Part shown: positions 11,001-21,575 of the stretch, one piece after another
How the letters are laid out: every line of letters starts with the position of its first letter
Position numbering within the stretch: the stretch's first letter is position 1
The notes under the pieces: model-generated
Told to the model about the DNA's origin: nothing
The model's database searches: none
The model's input: the letters and a program-made list of their open reading frames with translations, nothing else
Source of the DNA: Macrostomum lignano
Taxonomy: Eukaryota
Direction: 5' to 3'
DNA: 64,000 nt
Assembly: GCA_002269645.1 (NCBI GenBank)
Contig: NIVC01000013.1
Location: forward strand, 124,001 to 188,000
Position numbers and translations under genes: made by a program

Positions 11001-12791
11001 CAATATATGTTTGTCAAAGTAATGAAGCTTTTGTATATGGTAGCAAGGATGGCACAGCAGCATTTAATTTGGTCTAACAAGCATCAATTCGGTCCATAGT
11101 CTCTCCTTCCGTCATGTGCATTTAAATTAAATTGTCAGGTAACTGCATCAACCCATCCTCTCAATCTCTACATTTCAGCGACGTCAGCCGACCAAGAATG
11201 CAGATTTCCGTCAATATCCTGCCAAATGCCAAACCGGCTGAAGCAGATTTTGGAATTTCATTTGCCAAAAACTTTTGTAACTCCGAACTTAACTGGAAAC
11301 TTGCGAACCTCGTCGTTTATTTCGATTCTGACAGCTACATTGCTTTCTGCTTTCGCCATTCTGATGCTGATTATCTGCTTGTACGTCCAAGTAAAGTAAG
11401 TCTCTTTTCATGCTTTTTCCTCTAAATCTGTTCTAAAAGCAGGCATGGATTGCGGGAGGCTCATTTCTTAGATTCTTTATCCTTTCAAATCTCATCCGTA
11501 TCTTTCTTTCACCCATATCTCCTTCTCACTTCTATCTCCTTCTTACTCCTATCTAACCCTTTTACTTCGCACCCACCCACTGGGAAAATCTGATAGCGGG
11601 CCGCAAGCGGCGTGTTACACAAAGAACACATGCATATCAACTCCATCTATCAATGTATTTTAACGTTTAGCAAGCCACCCAAGCAAATATGCGCGAGAAT
11701 TCAATTTTAGAAAATCGCCGAGAACCACCCGTGTGAAGGCGGGGGCTTCAAGTTGCTGCAAAGACGAAAATGAAAGCGGTCAAACAAGCCTCATAAAGTA
11801 AGGCTCAATTAGCTAGACTATCCCCTCTCCCTAATGTCTTCCCCCTACCATTCTCTTCTCTCTCTAATGTCCTTTCCCCTACCCTTCACTCTCTAATGTC
11901 CTTCCCCCTATCCTTCACTCCCTAATGTCCCTTCCCCCTACCCTTCTCTCCCTAATGTCTTTCCCCCTATCCTTCACTCTCTAATGTCCTTCCCCCTATC
12001 CTTCACTCCCTAATGTCCCTTCCCCCTACCCTTCTCTCCCTAATGTCCTTCCCCCTACTCTTCACTCTCTAATGTCCTTCCCTCTACTCTTCACTCTCTA
12101 ATGTCCTTCCCTCTACTCTTCACTCTCTAATGTCCTTTCCCATACCCTTCACTCTCTAATGTCCTTCCCCCTACTCTTCACTCCCTAATGTCCTTCCCCC
12201 TACTCTTCACTCTCTAATTTCCTCCCCCTACCCTTCTCTCCCTAATGTCCCTTCCCCCTACCCTTCTCTCCCTAATGTCCCTTCCCCCTACCCTTCTCTC
12301 CCTAATGTCCTTCCCCCTACTCTTCACTCTCTAATGTCCTTCCCTCTACTCTTCACTCTCTAATTTCCTTCCCCCTACTCTTCACTCTCTAATGTCCTTC
12401 CCTCTACTCTTCACTCTCTAATGTCCTCCCCCCTACCCTTCTCTCCCTAATGTCCTCCCCCTACCCTTCTCTCCCTAATGTCCTCCCCCTACCCTTCTCT
12501 CCCTAATGTCCTCCCCCCTACCCTTCTCTCCCTAATGTTTCTTTTTTCTCCTATTTCTTTACCTTTCCACCAACCTCTCTCCGATGCTCAAACTGGTAAG
12601 AACAAGACAGCGAATGCTCAGAAACTTTCAATTTCAGAAACTCGTCATCAGACAGTTGCTGCACAGTCCGTGAAACTAGTGCCGAGTCAGAGAACAACGC
12701 GAGCACTTCGTCTGCACAGGTTATCAGAGACTCGTCTTCAGAGACTGATGAAATTCCGTATATCGAAGACGAGCCGACTGTGCAAGATTGA
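8078..12791 (+). CDS. Orphan type I membrane protein, copy A (6 exons, 278 aa)
   Basis: Exons 8078-8150, 8680-8894, 9252-9341, 10856-10943, 11179-11395, 12638-12791, all GT-AG and phase-consistent, open to TGA. N-terminal hydrophobic signal (MRTFQASNRLLLGLIAMLTMF), Cys-rich ectodomain, TM (FISILTATLLSAFAILMLIICLYV), tail ending EIPYIEDEPTVQD. Paralog B confirms every boundary. Confidence 0.85.
8200..8665. repeat. TTAGTGTC-type degenerate repeat in intron 1 of gene A
   Basis: Repeated ATTAGTGTCC/TTAGTGTCTT; a shorter homolog is in intron 1 of gene B (17790-17900). Confidence 0.85.
8945..9185. repeat. ~22-bp minisatellite in intron 2 of gene A
   Basis: CAACCCCAACCTAAAATCCGTG units, about 10 copies. 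Confidence 0.9.
9441..10660 (-). mobile_element. Degenerate Ty3/Gypsy pol fragments (RNase H, integrase) in intron 3 of gene A
   Basis: YSQTEREALA-like (HSQTEREALAIKYG), TDHKPL and integrase PYHPGANGITERIN motifs on the minus strand; absent from gene B. Confidence 0.8.
11820..12540. repeat. ~29-30-bp pyrimidine minisatellite in intron 5 of gene A
   Basis: CCTTCTCTCCCTAATGTCCTTCCCCCTAC units. Confidence 0.95.
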
Positions 12792-13213
12792 GAAGAAAAA
12801 GTCTATTTTCTGAGACCACTGATGCTGTAATAATATATAATCCATAACTCTTTATACTAATACTGTTATGCTTATTCATTCAATTTTAAATTAAATACAG
12901 TTTGAATTTCTACTTCCCATAATTTCCATCATCAATTGATAATGCTCATAGTTACCTTAAAGCTAACAATGCATTTACTTATACTTTTTAAAGGCACGAG
13001 TAACGTCTTAAACTGGATAAGCGAAATAGGACTAAATTTTTAATGAACTAAAATTGAAGAAAACATCCAATTCTGCTATAAAGCTGAACATGATTGTCAG
13101 ATTGGTGATTTGACGTTACATGCATCCGTTAATTAGTTCAAAAGTGCGTAAGAAAAAAGGAAATTATATGCAGGCTTTCAAAAGTTCTGTAGAAACTATC
13201 ACAATGATTTTAA

Positions 13214-13412
13214 TTGACTTACTTGACTCAGCTGTAGGGGCGCTCCGGACATCCGGATACAGGGGCGTTGACTCAAATTCCGCTAACCCCTGGTGACCAC
13301 GGAGAGCTGGTGCTGCGGTGTCGCGCAGAGAGATCCGGTGGTGCAGGTGTCCGCAGCGCGGTCCCACTCCGGTAGCCCTTATGTAGCGGACGAGCTGGCA
13401 GAAATTCTCGAG
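13214..13412 (-). mobile_element. 3' end of a LINE related to the element at 34695-40521
   Basis: Minus strand reads ENFCQLVRYIRATG (vs ENFNQLMRYLRATR at ~40335) and ends CAGCTGAGTCAAGTAAGTCAA (vs CAGCTAAGTCAAAGTCA). Confidence 0.7.
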
Positions 13413-13414
13413 CC

Positions 13415-13693
13415 CAATTAATAATTAATTAATTACACCTGGCTCAACGGGCAGATATGCAACCGACAGCTCAACCGCAGCTATTGCATGGCAAATCTGA
13501 AGGCTGCGTACGGCTGCTCAGTCCGAGAACTGGGGGTCGCCACTCTCAATTACCTGAGCTAATGCTGGCACCCATTTTATAGCTGGATGAACTGAAGCAA
13601 TGTAGAGTTAGGTGTCTTGCTCAAGGACACAAATTGTTCCAAGTCGACCTTCAAGTCGTGAGTCCGAAGCTCTAACCACTAGGCTACGACCCC
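13415..13693 (-). mobile_element. tRNA-derived SINE with a conserved-core-like domain
   Basis: Minus strand GGGGTCGTAGCCTAGTGGTTAGAGC (A-box; B-box eroded), then TGTGTCCTTGAGCAAGACACCTAAC...CATCCAGCTATAAAATGGGTGCCAGC, which resembles central domains of widespread metazoan SINE superfamilies. Confidence 0.75.
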
Positions 13694-14099
13694 TGAAAAC
13701 TTCGGAGAGGTCCGGGTTTGGGTTAAGTTAGGCGAGCCTGTCCTGAGTAAAGGCAGGGCATTCACAGATGATGTGCTCCGCATTCTCAACACCCAAGAAA
13801 CATAATGGGCATTCCTGACTGCCGAATTTTCCCTAGAGGTAACGGTTCCTGGCAAAACACATATGGCCTGAGAGGGCCATGGTTACCGCCCTGATTTCCC
13901 TGCGTTTAAGTTCAAGCAGATACCTTCAGAGGGCGGGAAAGGTAGAGGGGGGCGGTAACCCACCTTTCCCTGCGCTTTGAAGTCAGCCACCCCACAGGCT
14001 AATCCGAGTGGTGAACCATGATTTTAATGGAAAAGCATTGTTTTAAAATGAGAAAAACATTATAGAAGAGCGTAAAATTGAATCGCTAGAGAATATTCT

Positions 14100-14400
14100 C
14101 TTGTACGAGGGAGAGTAGATATCTAAATATACTAAATCTTCACAATATACTAAATCTCTAATCCAATATACTAAAAATGGTCTGTCTGTGTCTATCTATC
14201 TATCTATCTATGTGATCGATTAGAGAAAAAATGGCTTAACCGATTTTCATGAGACTTGCACTGTTCGATCAGAAATTTTCCCGTGACGGTACATGCATCG
14301 TGGCTATGAAATTGCTCGATGCTAAAGGCATTAAATATTCGAAAAACATGCTTTTTTGCAAAGGTCAAGCAAACTTTTCGACTTGAAATGCATTGTAAGA
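14100..14400. mobile_element. Possible Helentron-associated (DINE-1/HINE-like) non-autonomous fragment
   Basis: (CTGT)/(CTAT)n microsatellite followed by AACCGATTTTCATGAGACTT, similar to the DINE-1-type core motif as recalled. Confidence 0.4.
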
Positions 14401-14664
14401 ATGCTAGAGAAAAAACTGACTGGTTGAATTCTGATTCTGAAATAGATTGCATCATAACTGAATTGTAACTCTGACTTGAATTGCGTCACAGTATTGAAAA
14501 TGCAGTGTGGAAGCGTAGCACCAGACTTGATTTAGATTGCGTAACCATATTGTCAACTTTAATTGAGACTGATACTGACTTGCCTGGGAATTGATTATGT
14601 CATAACTGCTTCGTGAGTGAGTGTTGAATTATATAAGTGCTACAATTTCACTTATAAATTCGAT

Positions 14665-14730
14665 AAGATCTAGCCTAGAAGTTAACAGACTGGACTGCTA
14701 ATGCAGCGACCTGGGTTCGAATCTTAGTAG
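14665..14730 (+). ncRNA. tRNA-Ser(GCT)-like Pol III head (pseudo-tRNA or SINE head)
   Basis: TAGCCTAGAAG A-box, GGACTGCTAAT anticodon arm as in tRNA-Ser(GCT), GGTTCGAATC B-box; no acceptor stem. Confidence 0.6.
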
Positions 14731-14734
14731 TAAG

Positions 14735-15925
14735 AAGCGTCATGTAAAAAATCATAGAAGCGTCATGTAAACAATCATTGAAGCGTCATGTAAAAATCAT
14801 TGAAGCATCATGTAAAAATCATAGAAGCGTCATAAAAAATCATAGAAGCGTCATGTAAAAAATCATAGAAGCGTCATGTAAACATTCATAGAAACGTCAT
14901 GTAAAAAATCGTAGAAGTCATGAAAAAATCATAGAAGCGTCATGTAAACAATCATAGAAGCGTCATGTAAAAATCATAGAAGCGTCATGTAAACAATCAT
15001 AGAAGCGTCATGTAAACAATCATAGAAGCGTCATGTAAAAAAATCATAGAAGCGTCATGTAAAAAATCATAGAAGCGTCATGTAAAAATCATAGAAGCGT
15101 CATGTAAAAATCATAGAAGCGTCATGTAAACAATCATAGAAGCGTCATGTAAACAATCATAGAAGCGTCATGTAAACAATCATAGAAGCGTCATGTAAAA
15201 AATCATAGAAGCGTCATGTAAACAATCATAGAAGCGTCATGTAAAAAATCGTAGAAGCGTCATAAAAAAATCATAGAAGCGTCATGTAAACAATCATGGA
15301 AGCGTCATGTAAAAAATCATAGAAGCGTCATGTAAAAATCATAGAAGCGTCATGTAAACAATCATAGAAGCGTCATGTAAACAATCATAGAAGCGTCATG
15401 TAAACAATCATAGAAGCGTCATGTAAAAAATCATAGAAGCGTCATGTAAACAATCATAGAAGCGTCATGTAAAAAATCGTAGAAGCGTCATAAAAAAATC
15501 ATAGAAGCGTCATGTAAACAATCATGGAAGCGTCATGTAAAAAATCATAGAAGCGTCACGTAAACAATCATAGAAGCGTCATGTAAACAATCATAGAAGC
15601 GTAATGTAAAAGCATAGAAGCGTCATGTAAAGATCATAGAAGCGTCATGTAAAAAAATCATAGAAGCGTCATGTAAAAAATCATAGAAGCGTCAAGTAAA
15701 AAATCATAGAAGCGTCATGTAAAAATCATGGAAGCGTCATGAAAAAATCATAGAAGCGTAATGTAAAAAATCATAGAAGCGTCAAGTAAAAAATCATAGA
15801 AGCGTCAAGTAAAAAATCATAGAAGCGTCATGTAAAAAATCATAGAAGCGTCATGAAAAAATCATAGAAGCGTCATGTAAAAAATAAGGAAGCATCATGG
15901 TAGAATAAAAGAAGCGTCATGTCAG
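14735..15925. repeat. 23-24-bp minisatellite (~50 units)
   Basis: AAGCGTCATGTAAA(A/C)AATCATAG units. Confidence 0.97.
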
Positions 15926-16017
15926 ACATAAAGGGTGTCATGTAAAAATTAAATGCAGCTATAATGCTGTGCTGGGGAGAAAAACAGACGTAAAGGCTCT
16001 CAGAGAATAACTGAGAT

Positions 16018-17045
16018 TACGGGGGTGGGGTTTCTGAGATGTCAAAGCAAAAGCCAGAAGCTACTTCAAAGTTCATGTACTTTACTCAATTTTTTTATTG
16101 CATTCTTTGTTGGCTCGCCACGGGGGGAGGCGCTGATAGAAGAAGAGTCATGTAAAAAATAAAAGTGGCACTATGTATACATAAAAGAAAAGTCATGTCG
16201 AAGTTAAAAGATTCATTTGGGAATTGCTACGATGTCAAAGCTTGGTGGAAATCGTTATAGTGCTGTGATTCTTAAAGAAGGAATCACTAAAATGTCAAGG
16301 CTTAGGGGAGAAGAATTGCTAAGATTTCAATACTTTAGGTTGGGTTAAAGTTAGGTTTAGGTCAGGTGCGGGTTGAGGGTTATATTTTATCGGGTTTCAA
16401 GTTTAACAGGGGTTTTTTTAGATTTCAAGGTTTTTTGGGGGCCATCGCTGACATGTCAAGGCTTACGGGGGGAATAGCTGAGATGTCAAGGCTCACGGGG
16501 GTATAAATGAGATTTCAAGGCTAAAGTCAAAAGCTACATGTAGTTTATTGAAAACTTTTTATTACATTATTTGATGCCTCCTCAGGGGAGGGATCGCTGA
16601 TAAAAAAAGCGTAATGTAAAAAATTAAAAAAGCTTCATGTCGAAGTTAAGAGATTCATTTGGGAATCCCTACGATGTCGAGGCTTGCAGGGAATCGCTAT
16701 AATGCTGTAGTAGTGCTATAATGACTCTTAGAGAGAATTACTGAAATTTCAATGCTTTAGGGTTAGGTTAGGGTTAGGGTTAGGGTTAGGGTTAGGTTTA
16801 GGGTTAGGGTTAGGCTAGGGTTATAAGGTTGATTGACAGATATTTTTAGATTTCCAAGGCTTATTGGGGGCATTGCTGAGATGTCAAGGGGGGAAGTTGA
16901 TATGTTAAAGCTTGTGGGGGGGAATTACTGACATGTCAAGGCTTACAAGGTTTGACAGGAGATTTTTTAAGATTTCAAGGATACATGTAGCTTATTAAAA
17001 AAAACGTGTATTGCATTTCTTTGGCTCCCCAACGGGGGGCGTAGA
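16018..17045. repeat. Degenerate ~460-490-bp tandem duplication (~2.2 units)
   Basis: Matching blocks GAGATGTCAAAG..TTTATTGCATT..GGGGAGG at ~16018, ~16509 and ~16969; internal GAGATGTCAAGGCTTA sub-repeats. Confidence 0.7.
16756..16822 (+). repeat. Interstitial telomere-like (TTAGGG)n tract
   Basis: About 11 units of TTAGGG/TTAGG, several perfect in a row. Confidence 0.9.
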
Positions 17046-17153
17046 TTGCTAGTATATTCTATATTTTGGGATTTTAAAACTGGCTTCTCTTAAAACAAGG
17101 AAACGGCCAAGCAAAAATTACTTGCTTGAGGGATAAGAGACAGAGAGCTAGCC

Positions 17154-17157
<4 letters not shown>

Positions 17158-17199
<42 letters not shown>
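17158..17199. repeat. (GA)n microsatellite
   Basis: About 21 AG units. Confidence 0.98.
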
Positions 17200-17202
<3 letters not shown>

Positions 17203-17661
17203 TGGTTGAAAGAAAATGTTTCTTTTTGGGTAGCAACTAATTAAGCAACAAATCCTGCCTTTCCAAAACGAGTTTTGACTTCAGATTGCATAGAACGTGG
17301 CTAGAAGTAGAAGATAGGCATCTAATGTTATTATATCTATAGTTAATAACAGAAATCCGAAGGCAAAAGCTAAAAGTGTGATATCAGAGGGAAACAAGTT
17401 GAGAAATTGTGTAAAATTGGTATCTAGCATGCATTTTAAAGCCGCATATTCAATCCGTATATTTTTACGACGTTGATGTGGTTCTCTATAAACCGGCTAA
17501 CTGGTTGACAGAAAGGCACGCTTTTTCGCGTCCGTAGTTCTGAAAAGCAGAACCTCGCTAGAGAGCGAGAACTTGTGTATAAATATGGTTTCGTACAACT
17601 GCAAGCTACAGACCCACCTGCTTTAAAAGCTTCAGCTCAATACAATATACACAGTACAGGA

Positions 17662-19902
17662 ATGAGAACTTTTCAAGCAAGCAATCGACTGATTCTGGGC
17701 ATCATTGCTATGCTGACTATGTTCGAGGACCTTGGTGAGTTTCATTCACCGTCTGTATCTTAGTGGCTTAGTGTGATAGTTTTTTAGAGGATTAGTATTT
17801 TAAGTGTCCGCATTAGTGTCTTAGTGTCCGAGCATGAGTGTCTGCATTAGTGTTTTTGAGTATCCATCAGTGTCCGCAGTAGTATCGTGGAGTCAGAATT
17901 AGTCAGAATCTGTCTGGCGCTGTCAATCATTTTAGTGTGTGGCTGGCAGCTGCCAGAAGTCTCTGACAGGTCCACAACCGACATGAGGATCTACGGATTT
18001 CAGTTTAGAGAAAATCAACAAGAAGTGGCGCTTTTCTTCACCGGCAGGAGCCACTACAAGCGGCTGGGCGTCGTTGAGGGCGTCGTGTTTCTAACGCCAC
18101 ACTACATTGCTCACAGGCCTCAGAACAGCTTCTACATGCTGAAGAACAGCGTGAGTCAAATTCCTGCAACCCAGCCCAAAATCCTTGGCGCCCAAACCTG
18201 GAACACTTGTTAAGATTGTAAAATCGAGAGCGCTTATCATCGTGTTTTTTAGAAGCTAAACTGCATTGTCGGTACCGAGTACTGTTACATCATTGAGACT
18301 CTACCGCCGAATTGGAAAAAATGCACTTTAATATCAGCTACTGTGAGTAGTTGATCCGTCTATATTTCACTAAATTTTTAATATAGATAAGTCCATTAGC
18401 AAATTTGCCACTGTAATTATTTGGAAATAAACTGATTATTCGCAATCGTTTTATTACTAAATGGCAAATTGATCAGATATTTGGACATTACGGCGCTCAG
18501 ACATAGAGGCGTCAAAGATAGACGCAAAGCCACAAGACTAATACCATCAGACACTAATCCTGTAAGACACTAATCCTGTAGGCCTAATCCCGTAAGACAC
18601 TAATCTTGTACGACACTAAACTGTGAGACATTAATTCTCTAGGATACTAATCCTGTAAGACGTTCACTAAGACACTTGAAAATCCATTAAGACACCAAGA
18701 CAGTAAGATACTGTAAACAATTAAGCAAACGAACGCTAGCTTAAGAAACTAATTAACCAAGTCCTACTTGATTCAATCGTCAGATTCGCGGCAGGCATTT
18801 TCAAAACGGGTCAACCTGCAGTCCTGAGGACTGCCCGAATATGAGCACAAGCGATACTTGCCCCATCGTTGGTGAGCGTCATTTACCATTCAGATGCAGT
18901 GTTGAGTTGTTAATTTTTAAACGTCTCGCGGACGAGTTCGAGATCCCAGGCATATTTTTCCTTTGCCCTCTATCCTGCATCTTTGCTTCTTGCCCTTTTC
19001 CCCACTCGCCTTCCCTCTTCTTGACATCTCTTCCTCCACGTCTATTTACATTCCACTGTCAATTGCATCAACCCATCTCAATCTCTCAATTTCAGTGAAG
19101 TCAGCCCACCAGGAATGCAGCTTTTCATCAGTATCATGTCAAATCCCGAACAAGCTGAAGAAGATTTTGGAATCACATTTGTCCACAACTTTTGTAACTC
19201 CTAACTTTACGGGATCATTTTATGATATAAAATTCTACATGGCTATAATGCTGATAGCTATACTGCTTCTTGCGTTCGCCCTTCTGATGCTGACTCTCTG
19301 CTTTTGCGTTCACATAATGTAAGTCCTTTTTATGCTTTTAACTCACTTTTCCGTCTGTTCTAAATGCAGGCATGGGTTATGGGATGCTCCATTCTGATTA
19401 TTCTTCATACTTTCCCATGCATCCTTATCTTTCTTCTCTCTCTAATGTCCCTTCCTCCGGCCCCTACTCTTCTCTCTGTAATGTCCCTTCCTCCGGCCCC
19501 TACTCTTCTCTCTGTAATGTCCCTTCCTCCGGCCCCTACTCTTCTCTCTCTAATGTCCCTTCCTCCGGCCCCTACTCTTCTCTCTCTAATGTCCCTTCCT
19601 CCGGCCCCTACTCTTCTCTCTCTAATGTCCCTTCCTCCGGCCCCTACTCTTCTCTCTCTAATGTCCCTTCCCCTTACCCTTCTCTAGGGTATGCTTTTCT
19701 GTCCCTTTCCCGATACTCAGACTTGTAGGAACAAGACTGAAAATTCTCAGAAACTTTTAATTTCAGAAACTCATCATCAGGCAGTTGCTGCACAGTCGGT
19801 GATGATGTTGCCCAGTCGGAGAACAACGGGGGCACTTCCTCTTTTCATTTAATTCAAGAGACTGACAAAATTCCGTATATTGATGATGCAAATGTAGAAT
19901 AA
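17662..19902 (+). CDS. Orphan type I membrane protein, copy B (6 exons, 274 aa)
   Basis: Exons 17662-17734, 17936-18150, 18253-18342, 18784-18871, 19096-19318, 19767-19902; same intron phases as copy A; TM MAIMLIAILLLAFALLMLTLCFCV; tail ends KIPYIDDANVE-TAA. Confidence 0.87.
18540..18715. repeat. TAAGACACTAATCCTG repeat in intron 3 of gene B
   Basis: Short degenerate tandem, related by reverse complement to the TTAGTGTC family. Confidence 0.75.
19430..19685. repeat. 36-bp minisatellite in intron 5 of gene B
   Basis: CTCTTCTCTCTCTAATGTCCCTTCCTCCGGCCCCTA, about 7 copies; shares the CTAATGTCC core with the gene A intron 5 array. Confidence 0.95.
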
Positions 19903-20829
19903 AAGAAATCATTTTCAATATTATTGACTGTATTTTTTATAAGCACCTATTTAATTTTTAGTTAAAAATTTTTATTGCTTTCTATTAGTCATAATTTCCT
20001 CCTGAATTTTACTTGTTCTATTAATACCTTAATTTTTAATGTTCATACACAAGAGCTGATCAATTAGCTTTCAAAAGCTGGCAAATATTTGCATGCATTA
20101 GCGAGATAGAAACTCTATTATATTGAAAGAAAAAATCTGTAAAAAAAATTTTAATGTAGCAATAGGTTAACAAAAACTTAATTAAGCTTTAAAATCTGTT
20201 GCTTAATAGTTTTTAACTGCTTTTTTAAACATGAGTATTTCTTCAATATAATTCATTGTACGTTCTTGATAATACAATATACCATCTGAAATAAATTGTT
20301 ATGATTTGAGTTAAACAAAACTGCCAATTGTTGACTGGCATATCCATATTATCAGTTTCATGGATTTCTGGTCCAATCGTCATATTCCTTTCCGCCGTAA
20401 AGGATGATTAAGAGATCAATTATGTCGTATTTTACTAATAACTGGATACTTATGTTACTTCGTCATAAAAAAACCAGAGAAATTAAGGTGAAACTGCTTT
20501 GTAACGTTCATAATGAAGGTATCAGTTCATTTTGGCAACAAACTTTCCGGCAATATATGACAAGAAGTAAAATTTTAAACAAATTGCTGTGTTTCATGTT
20601 TTTTGCCTCCCGTTTTGCAAGCTTACTGTTTGACCGTATTTTGTTATCTGACGGTAGAATCTCTTTGTTGCAATGTTTGTCTTGCAGTGCCAAATACTCT
20701 CTTTACTCACAATCGCTTTGTCTTAGCCAAGGCATTAAAGGAAATGAAATTATAACTGATAATAACTATCATACGTGGTCTGTCGCCGAAATGCTTATCA
20801 CTGAAATGGTTGTTAGCAAACACATCATC

Positions 20830-20986
20830 AAAGTATTTGAGCAATCTCAACAATCTCAATGTATCAAGCATGAGATGTCTGTGGGCCATACTCCCAAGCA
20901 GAATGGAGTTGCAGAGCGAATGAACCGCACACGAGAAGAATCAGCCAGAACCATGATCGCTCATGCTAAGCTCAGCAATGCGTACG
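20830..20986 (+). mobile_element. Ty1/Copia integrase remnant, left half
   Basis: IKHEMSVGHTPKQNGVAERMNRT..ARTMIAHAKLSNAY matches the Copia TPQQNGVAERMNRT motif. Confidence 0.85.
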
Positions 20987-21575
20987 AGTAGTAGGAAAAT
21001 GGTACAGTTTGGCGAACGTCGCTGATTGGCTGACTGGCCAATCAGCGAGGGGGAGCCAATCAGTGATGAGGAGGCCCCGAAGGCGGGGTGGGGCAGGCCG
21101 GAGGTGGGGCAGGCCAGAGGTGGGGTCGAGCAGGCCAAAGGTGGGGTCGGGCAGGTCGGATGAGGGGTCGAGCCAGCCTAGGGGTGACCCAGAGGTGGGG
21201 AGCAGGCTTAGATGAGGGGTCGGGCAGCTAAGTGTCTGGTAAGTGTCCATTGGTAAGTGTCCTCTACCGCGTGTGGTGACACGGAAGACAGTTTAATGTT
21301 ATCGGTCAACGGGTTCGTGTCTGTAAAGGGTCCGATTGCATGGAATTTCCGAGTAGAGGGGTATTGTGAGGGAGGAGATTCTATTGGTCCAGAAAGCATT
21401 TTAAGTGATTTCCTCGGAATTTCCGAGTATAATGTGGGGAAGGGATTGTATTGGTCGAGAGGTCCTGTCGGTCCGAGCACGATTTGGTTGGTCAACACAC
21501 CCCGCAGGAGAAAGGGTCCAGTACCCTTTATAAGCAAAGCACCTTGCGCTCGCTAAGCTTCATGCAATTTTTAAA
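20987..21575 (+). repeat. Polinton left TIR
   Basis: Inverted homology to ~30270-30815 (GC-box sub-repeats, GTGTGGTGACAC, GGAATTTCCGAGTAGAGG, ATTGTATTGGTCGAGAGGTCC). Confidence 0.9.

Noticed and set aside
11440-11600. Alternative exon 6 via the nearby GCAG acceptor
   Set aside because: It would need a ~45-nt intron and gives non-conserved products (early stop in copy B); the distal exon is conserved in both paralogs.
14665-14730. Functional tRNA-Ser gene
   Set aside because: The acceptor stem does not pair, the long variable arm is absent and no T-run terminator follows; treated as a tRNA-derived head.
961-15925. Regular arrays as CRISPR loci
   Set aside because: All arrays are head-to-tail units without unique spacers, there are no cas genes, and the context is eukaryotic.
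16756-16822. True chromosome end
   Set aside because: The tract is short, imperfect and internal.
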